Source: Sedimentisphaeraceae bacterium JB056 (lineage in GTDB: Bacteria; Planctomycetota; Phycisphaerae; Sedimentisphaerales; Sedimentisphaeraceae). Taken from it: a stretch of DNA of 64,000 bases. The notes beneath the pieces are model-generated. The model made no database searches, was not told where the DNA came from, and was given only the letters and a program-made list of their open reading frames with translations. Shown in pieces: positions 49,217 through 60,008 of the stretch (positions within the stretch are counted from its first letter, which is position 1; every line of letters begins with the position of its first letter). Both the position numbers and the translations under genes were made by a program. The DNA lies in assembly GCA_044440125.1 (NCBI GenBank), contig JBITAJ010000004.1, positions 96,001-160,000 on the forward strand, read 5' to 3'.

Positions 49217-50368
49217 ATGCGTAAGATAATAATAGTTGTTGATACTGCCCGCGGGTGGGGACGCCAGTTCTTACACGGCGTCGAAAAATATATGAGTACA
49301 AGAGGCGACTGGGTCGTCCGTATTCAGCCCCCGGGCTATATCAACACAACAAGCCGCGAAAACAGTTCATGGCTTGCTCTGCACGATGCGGACGGCATAA
49401 TCGCCGGTGATATCAGATTTATCAGCGAGGCAATGCGTCTCAACATACCCAAAATCCTCCATGATGCCAGATGCGACAAAATACCAGGCGCATCAACGAT
49501 GTACACCGATTCAATAAGTACGGGGAAAATGGCGGCTGAATATTTTTTCAGTCTCGGCTTCAAAAACTACGCTTATTGCGGTTTTGAGGGGCTGGTATGG
49601 TCGCAAAAGAGGCTCAAAGGCTACAAATCGCAATTAGGTGAGTGGGGAATAACCGAGGTTCATGACTACAATCAATGGAAACCGTCCGGAGCAGGCCTTG
49701 ACACCGAACGCTGGAACATATCAGAGTGGCTCAAAACGCTCCCAAAACCGGTTTGCGTATTCGCCTGCAACGATGACAGAGGCATAAACGTACTCGAAGC
49801 ATGCCAGATAGCAGGCATAAAAGTGCCGGAAGAGGTAGCTGTTCTGGGAGTAGATAATGACGAGCTTATGTGCGACATATCCTTCCCGCCGCTCTCGAGC
49901 ATCGAACTGAATTTCAGGAAAGCAGGCTTCAATGCGGCCAAACTCCTCGATGAGATAATAGATAACGGAAACATCGGAAGAGATATAATCGTACCTCCAA
50001 TCTCACTTATAGAACGGCAGTCAAGCGATGTATTGGCCATAGAAGACGAAAATGTAATCAAAGCCCTCGTATTCATAAGGCAGAATTTCCAGGAAGCCAT
50101 ACAGGTCAGCGATGTAGTTGAAAAAACAACCTCCTCCAGACGTGATCTCGAAATCAAATTCAAAAAGATGCTTAAAAGATCTATAAAAGACGAAATACTG
50201 AGGCTGAGAATAGACTCACTGAAAAAACGGCTTGTCAGCACCAACGAGCCGCTCTATGCAATAGCAAACTCATTGAAATACACAGATCCTGAGCATTTTT
50301 CAAGATTTTTCAAGTCCGCGGCAGGCATAAGTCCAAGTAAATACAGGTCAAAACTCGGCGTACAATAG
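49217..50368 (+). CDS. XylR-type regulator (periplasmic-binding-protein-like domain + AraC HTH)
   Basis: VFACND, VPEEVAVLGVDND, HFSRFFK...SPSKYR; upstream of GH38. Confidence 0.92.
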   Translation: MRKIIIVVDTARGWGRQFLHGVEKYMSTRGDWVVRIQPPGYINTTSRENSSWLALHDADGIIAGDIRFISEAMRLNIPKILHDARCDKIPGASTMYTDSISTGKMAAEYFFSLGFKNYAYCGFEGLVWSQKRLKGYKSQLGEWGITEVHDYNQWKPSGAGLDTERWNISEWLKTLPKPVCVFACNDDRGINVLEACQIAGIKVPEEVAVLGVDNDELMCDISFPPLSSIELNFRKAGFNAAKLLDEIIDNGNIGRDIIVPPISLIERQSSDVLAIEDENVIKALVFIRQNFQEAIQVSDVVEKTTSSRRDLEIKFKKMLKRSIKDEILRLRIDSLKKRLVSTNEPLYAIANSLKYTDPEHFSRFFKSAAGISPSKYRSKLGVQ

Positions 50369-50610
50369 GCCTTAAAGTATATAAGTTGTAAAAACAATTG
50401 TCCAAAATTGTCTTTTTTTGTTTATTTATCATTGAAAAATAGTCATTTTCTGATATAAGAACAGGTTATCCTCCAGCATTGAAATTTTATTTTAATACGT
50501 AACAAACGTACAAAATTAATTCCAATTTCACATATCAATTCTGGATTAGGTTTGTAAAAATTTTAGGCCGGTACAATAAGAGATTGTACCTTTTAGATTT
50601 AGGATAAATT

Positions 50611-53600
50611 ATGTTTGATTTTTTCGGTAATCACACAAGAAAAATATTAGAGTTCTGCGACAATATAGACTCAAAGATATATAAAAAGATCGGTGATCTT
50701 AGTATCGAAGGTTATCTCAGTAAAGAGCCATTAGGATACAGCGAACGGACCACCGGTGATAAGAAATCCCTTGGCATCGGTGATAAGTGGGGTGACGTAT
50801 TTGACTGCGCATGGTTCCATTTCACCGGCACGGTTCCGGCTGAAGGCAAAGGCAAGCATGTTGTACTGCTTATAGATGTAAGCGGTGAGCTTTGCGTTGT
50901 TGATGAAAACGGAGTTCCGACAAGAGGCCTGACCAACGGCAGTTCTACTTATGATTATCAACACGGCATGCCCGGAAAAAAAGTTTTACAGCTGAGTAAC
51001 GGCATCAAAGAAGGCGACAGAATCGACTTTTGGGCTGACGGTGGATGCAACGATCTCTTTGGAGTGCTATGCAAAGACGGCAGAATTGTACAGGCAGAGA
51101 TCGCTATCTGCAATGACGGCATCCGCAGCCTTTACTATGATTACTGGACATTGTGCGAACTGAGCAAGGTACTTGATAAAGAAAGTGCCAGATACGCCAA
51201 GGTGATGCACGCATTGAACCTTGCGATGAAAGCGCTGCAAACCTACAGCGATCAGGAAGTAGAGAAAGCACGCGATATATTGGCCGTAGAACTCTCACGA
51301 AAGAATGCCGACCCATGTATGACTATCAGTGCAATAGGCCATGCTCATCTCGACCTTGCATGGCTGTGGCCAATACGCGAGACTATCCGCAAAGGAGCAA
51401 GGACATTCGCTACTGCCATTGAACTTATGGACAGGTATCCTGACTATAAATTCGGAGTAAGCCAGCCGCAGCTCTTCCAGTGGATGAAAGATTTATATCC
51501 TGAACTCTACGTAAAGATAAAGGAAAAAGTAGCGGAAGGCAGAATCGAAGTACAGGGCGGAATGTGGGTAGAGGCTGATGCAAACATAACCTCAGGCGAA
51601 TCATTCGTACGCCAGTTCCTTTATGGCAAACGATTCTTTGAGAAAGAATTCGGCATAGAGGTCAACTCCCTCTGGCTGCCGGATGTATTCGGCTATTCAG
51701 CAGCCCTGCCGCAAATACTTAAGACATGTGGTATCGATTATTTCATGACACAAAAGCTTTCATGGAATGACACAAACAAATTCCCTAACCATACATTCTA
51801 CTGGAAAGGCATGGACGGCACCGGCGTGCTTACACACATGCTTCCGGAAGAAACATATAACAGCCATGCAGGCCCTCGCTCTGCCTCAAAGTCAGAAAAG
51901 AACTATGCACAAAAAGCGATAAGCGATAGATGTCTTATGCTCTTTGGTATTGGCGATGGCGGCGGCGGACCAGGAGCCGAACACCTTGAAAGACTTGACA
52001 GACTCAAAAACCTTAATGGCGTTCCACCGATTGAGCAGGAATTCAGCACTGAATTCTTCAAGAGAATCGACAAAGAGGGTATAGACTATCCGCAGTGGAA
52101 AGGCGAGCTGTACCTTGAGAAACACAGAGGTACATACACCACTCAGGCCAAAAACAAAAAATACAACCGTATGATGGAATTTGCTCTTCGTAATCTCGAA
52201 TTCATCAGTTACCTGACAAACGGGAACGGCTTCGACTATCCTCAGGAAAAACTCGAAGAAATCTGGAAAGAAGTTCTGCTTTATCAGTTCCATGACATAC
52301 TTCCAGGCTCATCAATAAAGAGAGTCTACGATGAGTCCGTTGAAAGATATGAGGCAATGTTGAACGAAGTATCAGCATTGATTGATGATGCTCTTGACAG
52401 TGCTTGTAAAGATATTGATTCAGCAGAAAAGAAAAATCCCGCAGCAGTATTCAACACGCTGTCATGGAAACGCCAGCAATGGGTTAATACTGCCGGCAAA
52501 TGGGTCAAAGCAACAGTCGGACCAATGGGATACGCCGTTGTAGACACTGACGAGCAAGCGGAAATACCGACCGAACTCAAGGCAGAAAATCAGCTTCTCG
52601 AAAATGATAAATTGACTGTCAAATTCGATGCCGATGGATCTATCATTTCTGTTACGGATAAAGCATCCGGTGTAAACTACATACAAAAAGGTACAAAAGC
52701 CAACGCACTCAAAGTTTATATAGATAAAGGTGATGCTTGGGACTTCCCAAATGATTACCGAGAGATACCTGCTGAGAAATTTACTCTCGAAAGCACAACA
52801 AGTCGTATTGACGGCCCGCAAGCTATAATCGAACAGACTTACAGGTATAACAAATCAACTCTCTCACAGAAGATCATACTCACCGCGGGAAGCAGCCGTA
52901 TAGACTTCGTAACCGATGTCGACTGGAACGAAACATTCAGAATGCTCCGCTCTGAGTTCCCGGTCAATGTATTCTCTGATTACGCTACATGCGATATTCA
53001 GTACGGAAATATCAGCCGGCCGACTCATACAAACACCAGTTGGGACAGCGCCAAGCTTGAGATATGTGCACACAAGTTCGTTGATATCTCGCAGACCAAT
53101 TACGGCGTAGCGATGCTCAACGACAGCAAGTACGGTTTTAGAGTTGTAGACAATATACTCGACATAAATCTTCTCAGAAGCCCTGAATATCCGGGCGAAA
53201 GTGCAGACAAAGGCAAGCACAGCTTTGTGTATTCATTGTACCCGCATGAGGGCAATCATATTACCGCGAAGGTCGCACAAGAAGCCTACAATCTCAACTG
53301 TCCACTGCTTGTCAGGGAGCTGGAAGCTGCTTCAGGAACCATGCCGCAGGCAAACAGCTTCATGAGTGTTGATGATGATGCCGTTGTCATTGAAACTGTC
53401 AAGAAAGCTGAAGACAGTTGCGATATGATCGTACGTATGTATGAAAACTACGGAACAAACTGCTGCGTCAATCTTGAAACTTCGCTGCCGTTTGACAAAG
53501 CATATATAACAGACAGCATGGAAAAAGAATTGACTGAGCTTAAGGTATCTGACGGCAAGATAAACCTCGAGTTCCGTCCATGGGAAATCAAAACAGTTAA

Positions 53601-53619
53601 ACTGAACATCAAGAAATAA
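50611..53619 (+). CDS. Alpha-mannosidase, GH38
   Basis: GHAHLDLAWLWP, WLPDVFGY, GDGGGG, ELYLEKHRG, QFHDILPGS. Confidence 0.96.
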   Translation: MFDFFGNHTRKILEFCDNIDSKIYKKIGDLSIEGYLSKEPLGYSERTTGDKKSLGIGDKWGDVFDCAWFHFTGTVPAEGKGKHVVLLIDVSGELCVVDENGVPTRGLTNGSSTYDYQHGMPGKKVLQLSNGIKEGDRIDFWADGGCNDLFGVLCKDGRIVQAEIAICNDGIRSLYYDYWTLCELSKVLDKESARYAKVMHALNLAMKALQTYSDQEVEKARDILAVELSRKNADPCMTISAIGHAHLDLAWLWPIRETIRKGARTFATAIELMDRYPDYKFGVSQPQLFQWMKDLYPELYVKIKEKVAEGRIEVQGGMWVEADANITSGESFVRQFLYGKRFFEKEFGIEVNSLWLPDVFGYSAALPQILKTCGIDYFMTQKLSWNDTNKFPNHTFYWKGMDGTGVLTHMLPEETYNSHAGPRSASKSEKNYAQKAISDRCLMLFGIGDGGGGPGAEHLERLDRLKNLNGVPPIEQEFSTEFFKRIDKEGIDYPQWKGELYLEKHRGTYTTQAKNKKYNRMMEFALRNLEFISYLTNGNGFDYPQEKLEEIWKEVLLYQFHDILPGSSIKRVYDESVERYEAMLNEVSALIDDALDSACKDIDSAEKKNPAAVFNTLSWKRQQWVNTAGKWVKATVGPMGYAVVDTDEQAEIPTELKAENQLLENDKLTVKFDADGSIISVTDKASGVNYIQKGTKANALKVYIDKGDAWDFPNDYREIPAEKFTLESTTSRIDGPQAIIEQTYRYNKSTLSQKIILTAGSSRIDFVTDVDWNETFRMLRSEFPVNVFSDYATCDIQYGNISRPTHTNTSWDSAKLEICAHKFVDISQTNYGVAMLNDSKYGFRVVDNILDINLLRSPEYPGESADKGKHSFVYSLYPHEGNHITAKVAQEAYNLNCPLLVRELEAASGTMPQANSFMSVDDDAVVIETVKKAEDSCDMIVRMYENYGTNCCVNLETSLPFDKAYITDSMEKELTELKVSDGKINLEFRPWEIKTVKLNIKK

Positions 53620-53640
53620 GCTGTTTAATAACAGACATAA

Positions 53641-53680
53641 TAAAAGCCCCGATGAACGAATCATTCATTGGGGCTTTTTA
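53641..53680. terminator. Bidirectional Rho-independent terminator
   Basis: TAAAAGCCCC...GGGGCTTTTTA. Confidence 0.8.
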
Positions 53681-53701
53681 TTTGCTTATCGATTGTTTCT
53701 A

Positions 53702-54160
53702 TCAGGCGTCTTCAGCGAGCCATGGATTGATCGCCATATCATAATCAACGATTTCATCCTCATTGAAATAAAGCGGAATCTCAACACTTGCCGACTCAAC
53801 TGAGTCTGAACCGTGCACAAGATTATAGCTCTTTGTCAGGCCATAGTCACCTCTGATAGTACCGCCGCCGGCCTGTGCCGCATCAGTAGCACCAATCATA
53901 TTTCTGCTAAGCTCGATAATATTGATACCTTCCCAAACCATCACCATTACAGGCGAAGAAGATATGTAAGTACAAACCGCATCAAAGAAAGGCTTGTCCT
54001 TATGCACTCCGTAATGCTTTTCTGCCAACTCACGGCTAACCTTCATGAACTTAGCTGCCACGAGTTTGAAACCACGATTCTCAAAACGTTTGATAATCTC
54101 TCCGGTAAGTCCGCGTTGTACGGCATCCGGCTTAGCAATAATAAGTGTTTTCTCTGTCAT
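53702..54160 (-). CDS. ndk: Nucleoside diphosphate kinase
   Basis: KPDAVQRGL, GTIRGD, NLVHGSDS. Confidence 0.97.
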   Translation of the reverse strand: MTEKTLIIAKPDAVQRGLTGEIIKRFENRGFKLVAAKFMKVSRELAEKHYGVHKDKPFFDAVCTYISSSPVMVMVWEGINIIELSRNMIGATDAAQAGGGTIRGDYGLTKSYNLVHGSDSVESASVEIPLYFNEDEIVDYDMAINPWLAEDA

Positions 54161-54303
54161 AAATACTCCGTATAAAATTTGTAGTGTGTAGTAAAATTAA
54201 TCTAATTACAGGCAATCGACATAACTCTAAAAATACGCATTAACGATTACCACATCCACGCATCTAAACCACACTATAAGATCAGTCTAAATTAAACAAG
54301 TCC

Positions 54304-54335
54304 AAAAAAAAGCGGGCTCTGCAATAGAACCCGCT
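54304..54335 (-). terminator. Rho-independent terminator
   Basis: Minus strand AGCGGG...CCCGCT followed by a T-run. Confidence 0.7.
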
Positions 54336-54353
54336 GTAGTATCAAATAAGAAA

Positions 54354-55136
54354 CTAAACTCCCTGAGGCACAATGTATATTTCAACCCGACGGTTGAGAA
54401 CATTACCCTTCTTGTTAGGTGCATTAGGAGCAACAGGTCTATACTCGCCAAAACCGCGAACACTCAACCTTGTAGCAGTAACATTATCCTTCAGCAACTC
54501 CTCAAGCACTGATATCGCCCTGTGAGCGGAAAGATGCCAGTTAGTAGGATGCTTGGCTTTCGTAGAAGGCCTCGCGATTCTCATATCATCTGTATGACCG
54601 GCAATGATAGCATCAAATTCCTTAGCCATATCTGAGTTGAGTATCTTGCTGAACTGATCGATAGCCTTGATAGCATCGGCACTGAGAACATCACTTCCAG
54701 GCTCAAATGTCAGGTCGCTCTTAAACTTAACAACACCCTTCTCTTTGTCAAAATCGACAAGATCATTGGATGCCGCAAGCTCTTCAAGCATTACGTTAAG
54801 CTCTGAAGGAAGAACAACGCCGCCCTTGAGAAGCTGTTCCTGAAGAGTAGCGATAAGCTGATTCTTCTCGGCAATAGCAGCTTCAAGAAGCTCGACTTCT
54901 TTTGCGTAAGCGCTGACATTCACATTTTTTGACTTCATAAGGTCATCAAGCTGTTTTTGAAGTTTCTGAACTTCAATCCTCGCGGCACTGTACTTGCTCT
55001 CAAGCTCAGACAAACGCTCACTTTGAGTTTGATTCTGAACTTTCAGCTTGTCATAGTCGCCCTGAGAAACGCAACCTGTAGAAACAATCATAACTGCTGC
55101 AAGCAGCATAACGCTTAAAATTCTGAACAATTTCAT
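54354..55136 (-). CDS. Lipoprotein with coiled coil and OmpA/MotB-like peptidoglycan-binding domain
   Basis: Lipobox STGC, GHTD, NWHLSAHRA, NRRVEI. Confidence 0.9.
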   Translation of the reverse strand: MKLFRILSVMLLAAVMIVSTGCVSQGDYDKLKVQNQTQSERLSELESKYSAARIEVQKLQKQLDDLMKSKNVNVSAYAKEVELLEAAIAEKNQLIATLQEQLLKGGVVLPSELNVMLEELAASNDLVDFDKEKGVVKFKSDLTFEPGSDVLSADAIKAIDQFSKILNSDMAKEFDAIIAGHTDDMRIARPSTKAKHPTNWHLSAHRAISVLEELLKDNVTATRLSVRGFGEYRPVAPNAPNKKGNVLNRRVEIYIVPQGV

Positions 55137-55212
55137 TTCTTTATCCTTTCAATATCTCCTACAATCAAGGGCATTGAACTAACAATACCCACGACAAACA
55201 GCCTTTAGCTGA

Positions 55213-56292
55213 TTATTTTTTCTTCTTTTTCTTAGGAGCTTTAACTTTCTTGGCCTTAGGGGCCTTAGGAGCTTTAGGGGCCTTATCACCACTGCCTCCG
55301 CCAATAGCTGCTCCGATAACTCCGATAAGAACAGCAACAACCGCAAGTCCGCCAAAGACATAAAGAATATAATCTTCAATAGGATTCACGATAGAAGGAG
55401 TAATATAATTAAAGCCGGCAACAAGAACTATCGCGGCAAAAACTATTGCTAAAAATGGTAAAAGCATCATAACGCCAAAAGCACCGCTTGTGGAATCTAC
55501 TTCCGCGGGCTGAGCAAATGCCGGCTGTGGAGCCGCTGCCGCCGGGGTTGAAGGCATGGAAAACGCAACCGGTTCAGGCTCAGACGCTTCAGGCTCTTCT
55601 TCCTTAGGCGTTGATTCATATCCGCTGTCAGCAAGATAATCATCAGAATCCTGACCCTTATCAGCAAAATCTTCTCCAGAAGAAGGAACGCTGTCAGAAA
55701 GGTCGTCAAAACCACCATCACCGTCGCCGCCTAGCAGAATATCATCGAGAACCGCACCAAACTGGGAGTCGTCCGCCTGCAATGAAAGGTCCAGCAAACC
55801 TGAGCCGCTGCCTTCATCACCAGGACTTCCAATATCCGCATCGGCGTCTATCTTAGCTTCAGACTCTTCAGGACCACCTGTACTCATACTGTCAGCAAGA
55901 GAAAGAATGCTGTCTTCACCTTCATCGCCTTCTTCTGCGTCATCAGTAAGACCGGTAAGACCGCTGCGAGTGTCGGCTTCTGTGAGTTCCACCATGCTTG
56001 ACATATCAGCATCAATTTCAAACTCATCTTCATCCTCACCGGCATCATCCAGTGGAGCAAGGCCCAGAAGTGAACTCTCATCACTTAGACCAATAACGGA
56101 ATCTTCAATATTCAACACCGTATCATCAGACTGTGAAGTTGCTGCGGTGTCAACGTCTTTAGCATCATAAAGTATGTTTGTACCTTCACGTAACTCACTT
56201 ATATTGTTGAGTTTTGCAAATTCCTTGAATTCTTCAGGCGTTTTGCCTAATTTCGCTGCCGCCTGTTCAAGAGTGTAGGTTTTTTCAGCCAT
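55213..56292 (-). CDS. HTH-domain protein with long acidic linker, two TM helices and Lys-rich tail
   Basis: YTLEQAAAKLG excisionase-like HTH, D/E-rich middle, two hydrophobic helices, KAPKAPKAPKAKK tail. Confidence 0.75.
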   Translation of the reverse strand: MAEKTYTLEQAAAKLGKTPEEFKEFAKLNNISELREGTNILYDAKDVDTAATSQSDDTVLNIEDSVIGLSDESSLLGLAPLDDAGEDEDEFEIDADMSSMVELTEADTRSGLTGLTDDAEEGDEGEDSILSLADSMSTGGPEESEAKIDADADIGSPGDEGSGSGLLDLSLQADDSQFGAVLDDILLGGDGDGGFDDLSDSVPSSGEDFADKGQDSDDYLADSGYESTPKEEEPEASEPEPVAFSMPSTPAAAAPQPAFAQPAEVDSTSGAFGVMMLLPFLAIVFAAIVLVAGFNYITPSIVNPIEDYILYVFGGLAVVAVLIGVIGAAIGGGSGDKAPKAPKAPKAKKVKAPKKKKKK

Positions 56293-56506
56293 TAGCTAAT
56301 CCCGTAAACTTATAATATGATATATCATTTCGATTCACGACATTCCAGACCTTTAATAAAAGTATAGTTGGAATGCGCAACTGTACGTAGATTATAGCCC
56401 CGTAAACACAACTTTCAAGGAATTTTGGCGAAGATTTTATTATTTATACACTTATAATAGCCGTTAAAGTAATTATTTACGCTATAAAGTTTAAATCATG
56501 CCGTTG

Positions 56507-57346
56507 TCAATACCTATCATCATCGGTTGACTGAAAATAGCAGTCGTCATTAAGCTCATATATATTTGTATCTTTCGAGGGTTTGGGCATTGAATAGAGC
56601 TTTGCTTTCTTTGATTCGCTTAGCGATAACGGTATAATCCTTGACGTGTCAAACTCAAGTTCGAGGCTGTCTCTTAGAGAAAATATTCTGGTTTTACCAG
56701 GAAGCATCATTGAGCCGTTAAGCGGCATAAAGTCAGAAAAATCAGCAGAAACAACTAAACCTCCACGCTCATAATATGCAATACGGCTAAGCTGTCCGCT
56801 GCAGTTATTGAAACTGTAACTCCTTAGAATATAGCCGTTTTCATCAATAATATCAAAACCGTGCTCATACTCGCCGAAGAACATCTGCGAATCAGCAAGT
56901 CCATCGGTATCTATTATCCCAAAAGTCTCTGATGCGGGAAACGTCTTGAGTCCTCTGGCTCCGCAGCTTTCAAGCAGCTCTTTCCTGCCTCTGTAAAGAT
57001 CATTTATATCGGAGAAATTGAGCCAGTACCAAAACTGATCGTCATTTGTACCTAATAGCAACGCGGTACCAAAGGTATGACTCACGCGTATCACAATATT
57101 TTCCTTGTCCGAAAAATAAGCGGTAACGTTATTGAGCGATTCCTTTCTCCCCTCGGCCAGCATGTTGACTTCGGCACTGCCCTTAGCCGCAAACTCAACC
57201 AAATCAGCCTGCCTCAAACGAATTTGTTCGATCATGGTATCCTTGGATATCACAGGAGCAGGACAAGCCGGCACCTCAGTCTCGATGGTATGCCTGCCGC
57301 ATCCGGCACATAACGCTAAAGCTATGATCAATAATACTTTATACAT
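56507..57346 (-). CDS. Hypothetical lipoprotein
   Basis: LALCAGC lipobox; 279-aa ORF in a co-directional cluster. Confidence 0.7.
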   Translation of the reverse strand: MYKVLLIIALALCAGCGRHTIETEVPACPAPVISKDTMIEQIRLRQADLVEFAAKGSAEVNMLAEGRKESLNNVTAYFSDKENIVIRVSHTFGTALLLGTNDDQFWYWLNFSDINDLYRGRKELLESCGARGLKTFPASETFGIIDTDGLADSQMFFGEYEHGFDIIDENGYILRSYSFNNCSGQLSRIAYYERGGLVVSADFSDFMPLNGSMMLPGKTRIFSLRDSLELEFDTSRIIPLSLSESKKAKLYSMPKPSKDTNIYELNDDCYFQSTDDDRY

Positions 57347-57377
57347 TTATCTCCTACTTCCTCATCAAGAAATAGAA

Positions 57378-57875
57378 TCAATCGTCATCAAGATCCATTA
57401 TCTGTCCGATATTTTCGGTCAACGAATCGATTTCGTCTTCGGTAAGGTGCGGATCAATAACCTCAACAGTTTTCTTCTGGCCGGTTACCTTAAGCGTCCA
57501 GATATCTTTCTCTTCTTCAATTCTGCTGCTTTCGTATCGCAGAAGACGCTTCCTCATAAGAATAAGCGTCAGTACAAAACGGAAGTTGATTTTGCCCGGC
57601 TCCGGCTGATTTTCAAGCCTTTCAAAGAAAGTCATCAGCATTTCATCATCAACGAATACCTTCTTTTTCTTGTTTGGATCGGTAAGCTTCGTCTTCCAGA
57701 AGTAAAAGACATCAGGGTCATTATCCTGCCAGTAGGAAAGACAATAATCCTTGCGTTCAAAGCCCTCATCAGTCTCAACAAGGGCAGCAAAATACTCCTC
57801 GCCCTCGTCTATAATTCGACCGCTGCCGCTGCATTGTCCTGTTGGTTTCGTTATTTCCCAGTCTGCCATAACCAC
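57378..57875 (-). CDS. Conserved hypothetical protein
   Basis: 165 aa, C.GSG...RKDYC...W...RFVL.L.LMRKR. Confidence 0.75.
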   Translation of the reverse strand: MVMADWEITKPTGQCSGSGRIIDEGEEYFAALVETDEGFERKDYCLSYWQDNDPDVFYFWKTKLTDPNKKKKVFVDDEMLMTFFERLENQPEPGKINFRFVLTLILMRKRLLRYESSRIEEEKDIWTLKVTGQKKTVEVIDPHLTEDEIDSLTENIGQIMDLDDD

Positions 57876-57922
57876 CTGTACTTAAATCAAATCATTGACG
57901 AATTGAAACGTCAATCATATTC

Positions 57923-58258
57923 TTACTCAAAACTAATATAAGGTTCTATGCTCTCAGCGCTTTTAGTGCCGATACCTTCGACCTTGCAAAGGTCATCAAC
58001 ACACTTGAAAGCATCTTCATCGCCAAAACTTTCACGATATTCAACGATTTTCACTGCCGTCTCATAACCTATTGACGGCAAACGAACAAGGCTTTCAATA
58101 GGGTCACTGTTGATATAAACAACACTCTTAACATTCATATAGCTCTCACCGTCAGCCTGCACCAATAAATACACCGAGCACGCCGCAGCAATAATGACCA
58201 CGAAAACAAAAGCCCTGATTTTAATCAATCTGTCAGGAATATGCGGCAAAAAAGCCAT
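57923..58258 (-). CDS. ComEA-like helix-hairpin-helix protein
   Basis: TM anchor; LPSIG..TA..IVEYR, F..VDDL..V.GIG.K. Confidence 0.88.
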   Translation of the reverse strand: MAFLPHIPDRLIKIRAFVFVVIIAAACSVYLLVQADGESYMNVKSVVYINSDPIESLVRLPSIGYETAVKIVEYRESFGDEDAFKCVDDLCKVEGIGTKSAESIEPYISFE

Positions 58259-58291
58259 AGCACACCTTAAGAACCGACTATTTATCTAATT

Positions 58292-59749
58292 TTATTTATG
58301 TAATATGAATTTACTGAACTTACGAATAGTCTTGGCCGCCGCTTTGGGCTCAAGAGAGCTGTTGTAAAGCCCGTCACAAGACTCACTGCCCTCAACATCG
58401 GCAAGCGTAGAATAAGTTACAGTCCCTATCTGATTTTTACCGAGGAATATGCGGTACAATGCCTCAAGCCATGCCGCCTGAGAGCTTTCCGACCATGGAT
58501 TTCGCCAGTAGCCGCCGCTGTCGCCATTGCCTGCTGCAGGTGAAGAAACACCCGAAATATGTACCGGTCGGCTTGTTACGCATATCCTGTCGAGCATTGC
58601 GGAAATCTGCATAAGGTCGCGAACGAACATGTCGCCTCCGCCTTTGCCAAAGCTCATATTAATACCCATACAGTCAAAGATAATCGCATTGCTGACAAGC
58701 AGATCCGCATACATAACCGCAGAGATAGTGAACGGCTTGTCAATATGATAACATGACCACGGACAATCAATCTCCACCATTTTAAGCGATTTGGTATCGG
58801 TAGCCTTTGCCGAGACGCAAGCGGTTCTGGTCATTTCAATACACTGATCGAAACCGAAATTCATGCAGTTATCACTGTTCATCGAGCTTATAAGATTCCA
58901 CTGATGAATTTTTCCTGCATATTTATTGACGGTTTCAGATATAAAGCCGTACACATACTCCTGAACCCGCTCAAAATCATATTTAAAAACCCACTCAGGA
59001 AGACAATCTTCATTGAAACGTATAAGCGGGCCAACGCTTAAAAACACCTTTTTGCCTTTAAACTTGAGCAAGGCCTTATCAATCGATGAATAATCATACT
59101 CACCCTGCCTGGGCTCTATATCCTTCCATGTTACAGGCACAGTAATATATGCAAAATTATCAAGCATATGTTTTACATATTGATCGTTGTCGGCATACTC
59201 GCGCTGATAAACACATCCAAGAGTATAACGGTTAAGTTCACCGTCTTTCTTTTTTGATGTAAGTACTGCACCAGTCTGCTTTTGAGCCAAAGACTCAGAC
59301 GCAACAACGGCCATATGCAGGCATTTGTCTGCCAAAACAGATGCCCTTGCAGGATCATCTTCACAAGTCATCGCCTCAACGTAAAGGCTTCTTGCCTTGG
59401 CAATGGCTTTTTGAGTATTGCTCTTATCCTCATCGAAAACAGCCCAATCCTCACACTTTCTGGTAATCTCCATAAGCCTTGCACGGGCAAGCTCGAGATT
59501 AAGCAGATAAGGCTGCTGACGGATATTGAGTTTTGTGGTCGGAAGCATCAGACTGCCAACGCCTTCGATATCCCAAGGCAATGCCAAACCGGCAGAAATA
59601 GTACCCGGATCACCTACATATATAATGCCGTCATCGAACGTTATGTTTTTGCTGGAACTGAGCGGAATTCGTTCAGGATCAAACAGGTATGCACCGGTCA
59701 GATCAAGAGACTCTGCACGCTTGCCATTTTTATATACAAGAAATTTCAA
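58292..59749 (-). CDS. GH10-like (endo-xylanase fold) protein, probably non-catalytic
   Basis: W..IEP.QGEYDY, GPL...LPEW GH10-like elements; ELARARL N-terminal domain; catalytic Glu motifs not evident. Confidence 0.7.
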   Translation of the reverse strand: MKFLVYKNGKRAESLDLTGAYLFDPERIPLSSSKNITFDDGIIYVGDPGTISAGLALPWDIEGVGSLMLPTTKLNIRQQPYLLNLELARARLMEITRKCEDWAVFDEDKSNTQKAIAKARSLYVEAMTCEDDPARASVLADKCLHMAVVASESLAQKQTGAVLTSKKKDGELNRYTLGCVYQREYADNDQYVKHMLDNFAYITVPVTWKDIEPRQGEYDYSSIDKALLKFKGKKVFLSVGPLIRFNEDCLPEWVFKYDFERVQEYVYGFISETVNKYAGKIHQWNLISSMNSDNCMNFGFDQCIEMTRTACVSAKATDTKSLKMVEIDCPWSCYHIDKPFTISAVMYADLLVSNAIIFDCMGINMSFGKGGGDMFVRDLMQISAMLDRICVTSRPVHISGVSSPAAGNGDSGGYWRNPWSESSQAAWLEALYRIFLGKNQIGTVTYSTLADVEGSESCDGLYNSSLEPKAAAKTIRKFSKFILHK

Positions 59750-59940
59750 TATCTAATCCGTTATATGTATAATTTATCGATATAATTACATAAATTTGCG
59801 GGAAAAACGCAAAACTAAAACCATCGCCATTATAATGAAATTCCACATAAAACGCAAATAAACCTCATGAATTTTACCTCTCCATTTTGGATTACGGCAG
59901 AAAGCTAAGCGAAAACAACCTTTCTTACATCATCCCAACA

Positions 59941-59978
59941 AAAAACAGCCCGCAAACTCTCTTAAAGATTGCGGGCTG
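59941..59978 (-). terminator. Rho-independent terminator
   Basis: Minus strand CAGCCCGCAA...TTGCGGGCTG followed by a T-run. Confidence 0.75.
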
Positions 59979-60008
59979 AGATATTATTAAATCACAAAAT
60001 GATGCTTA

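Noticed and set aside
54354..55136. Flagellar motB
   Set aside because: Has a lipoprotein signal rather than the MotB TM helix with its Asp, and no motA nearby
57132..57941. 269-aa plus-strand ORF (also 63146..63856 and 43632..44282)
   Set aside because: Antisense to well-supported genes; no motifs
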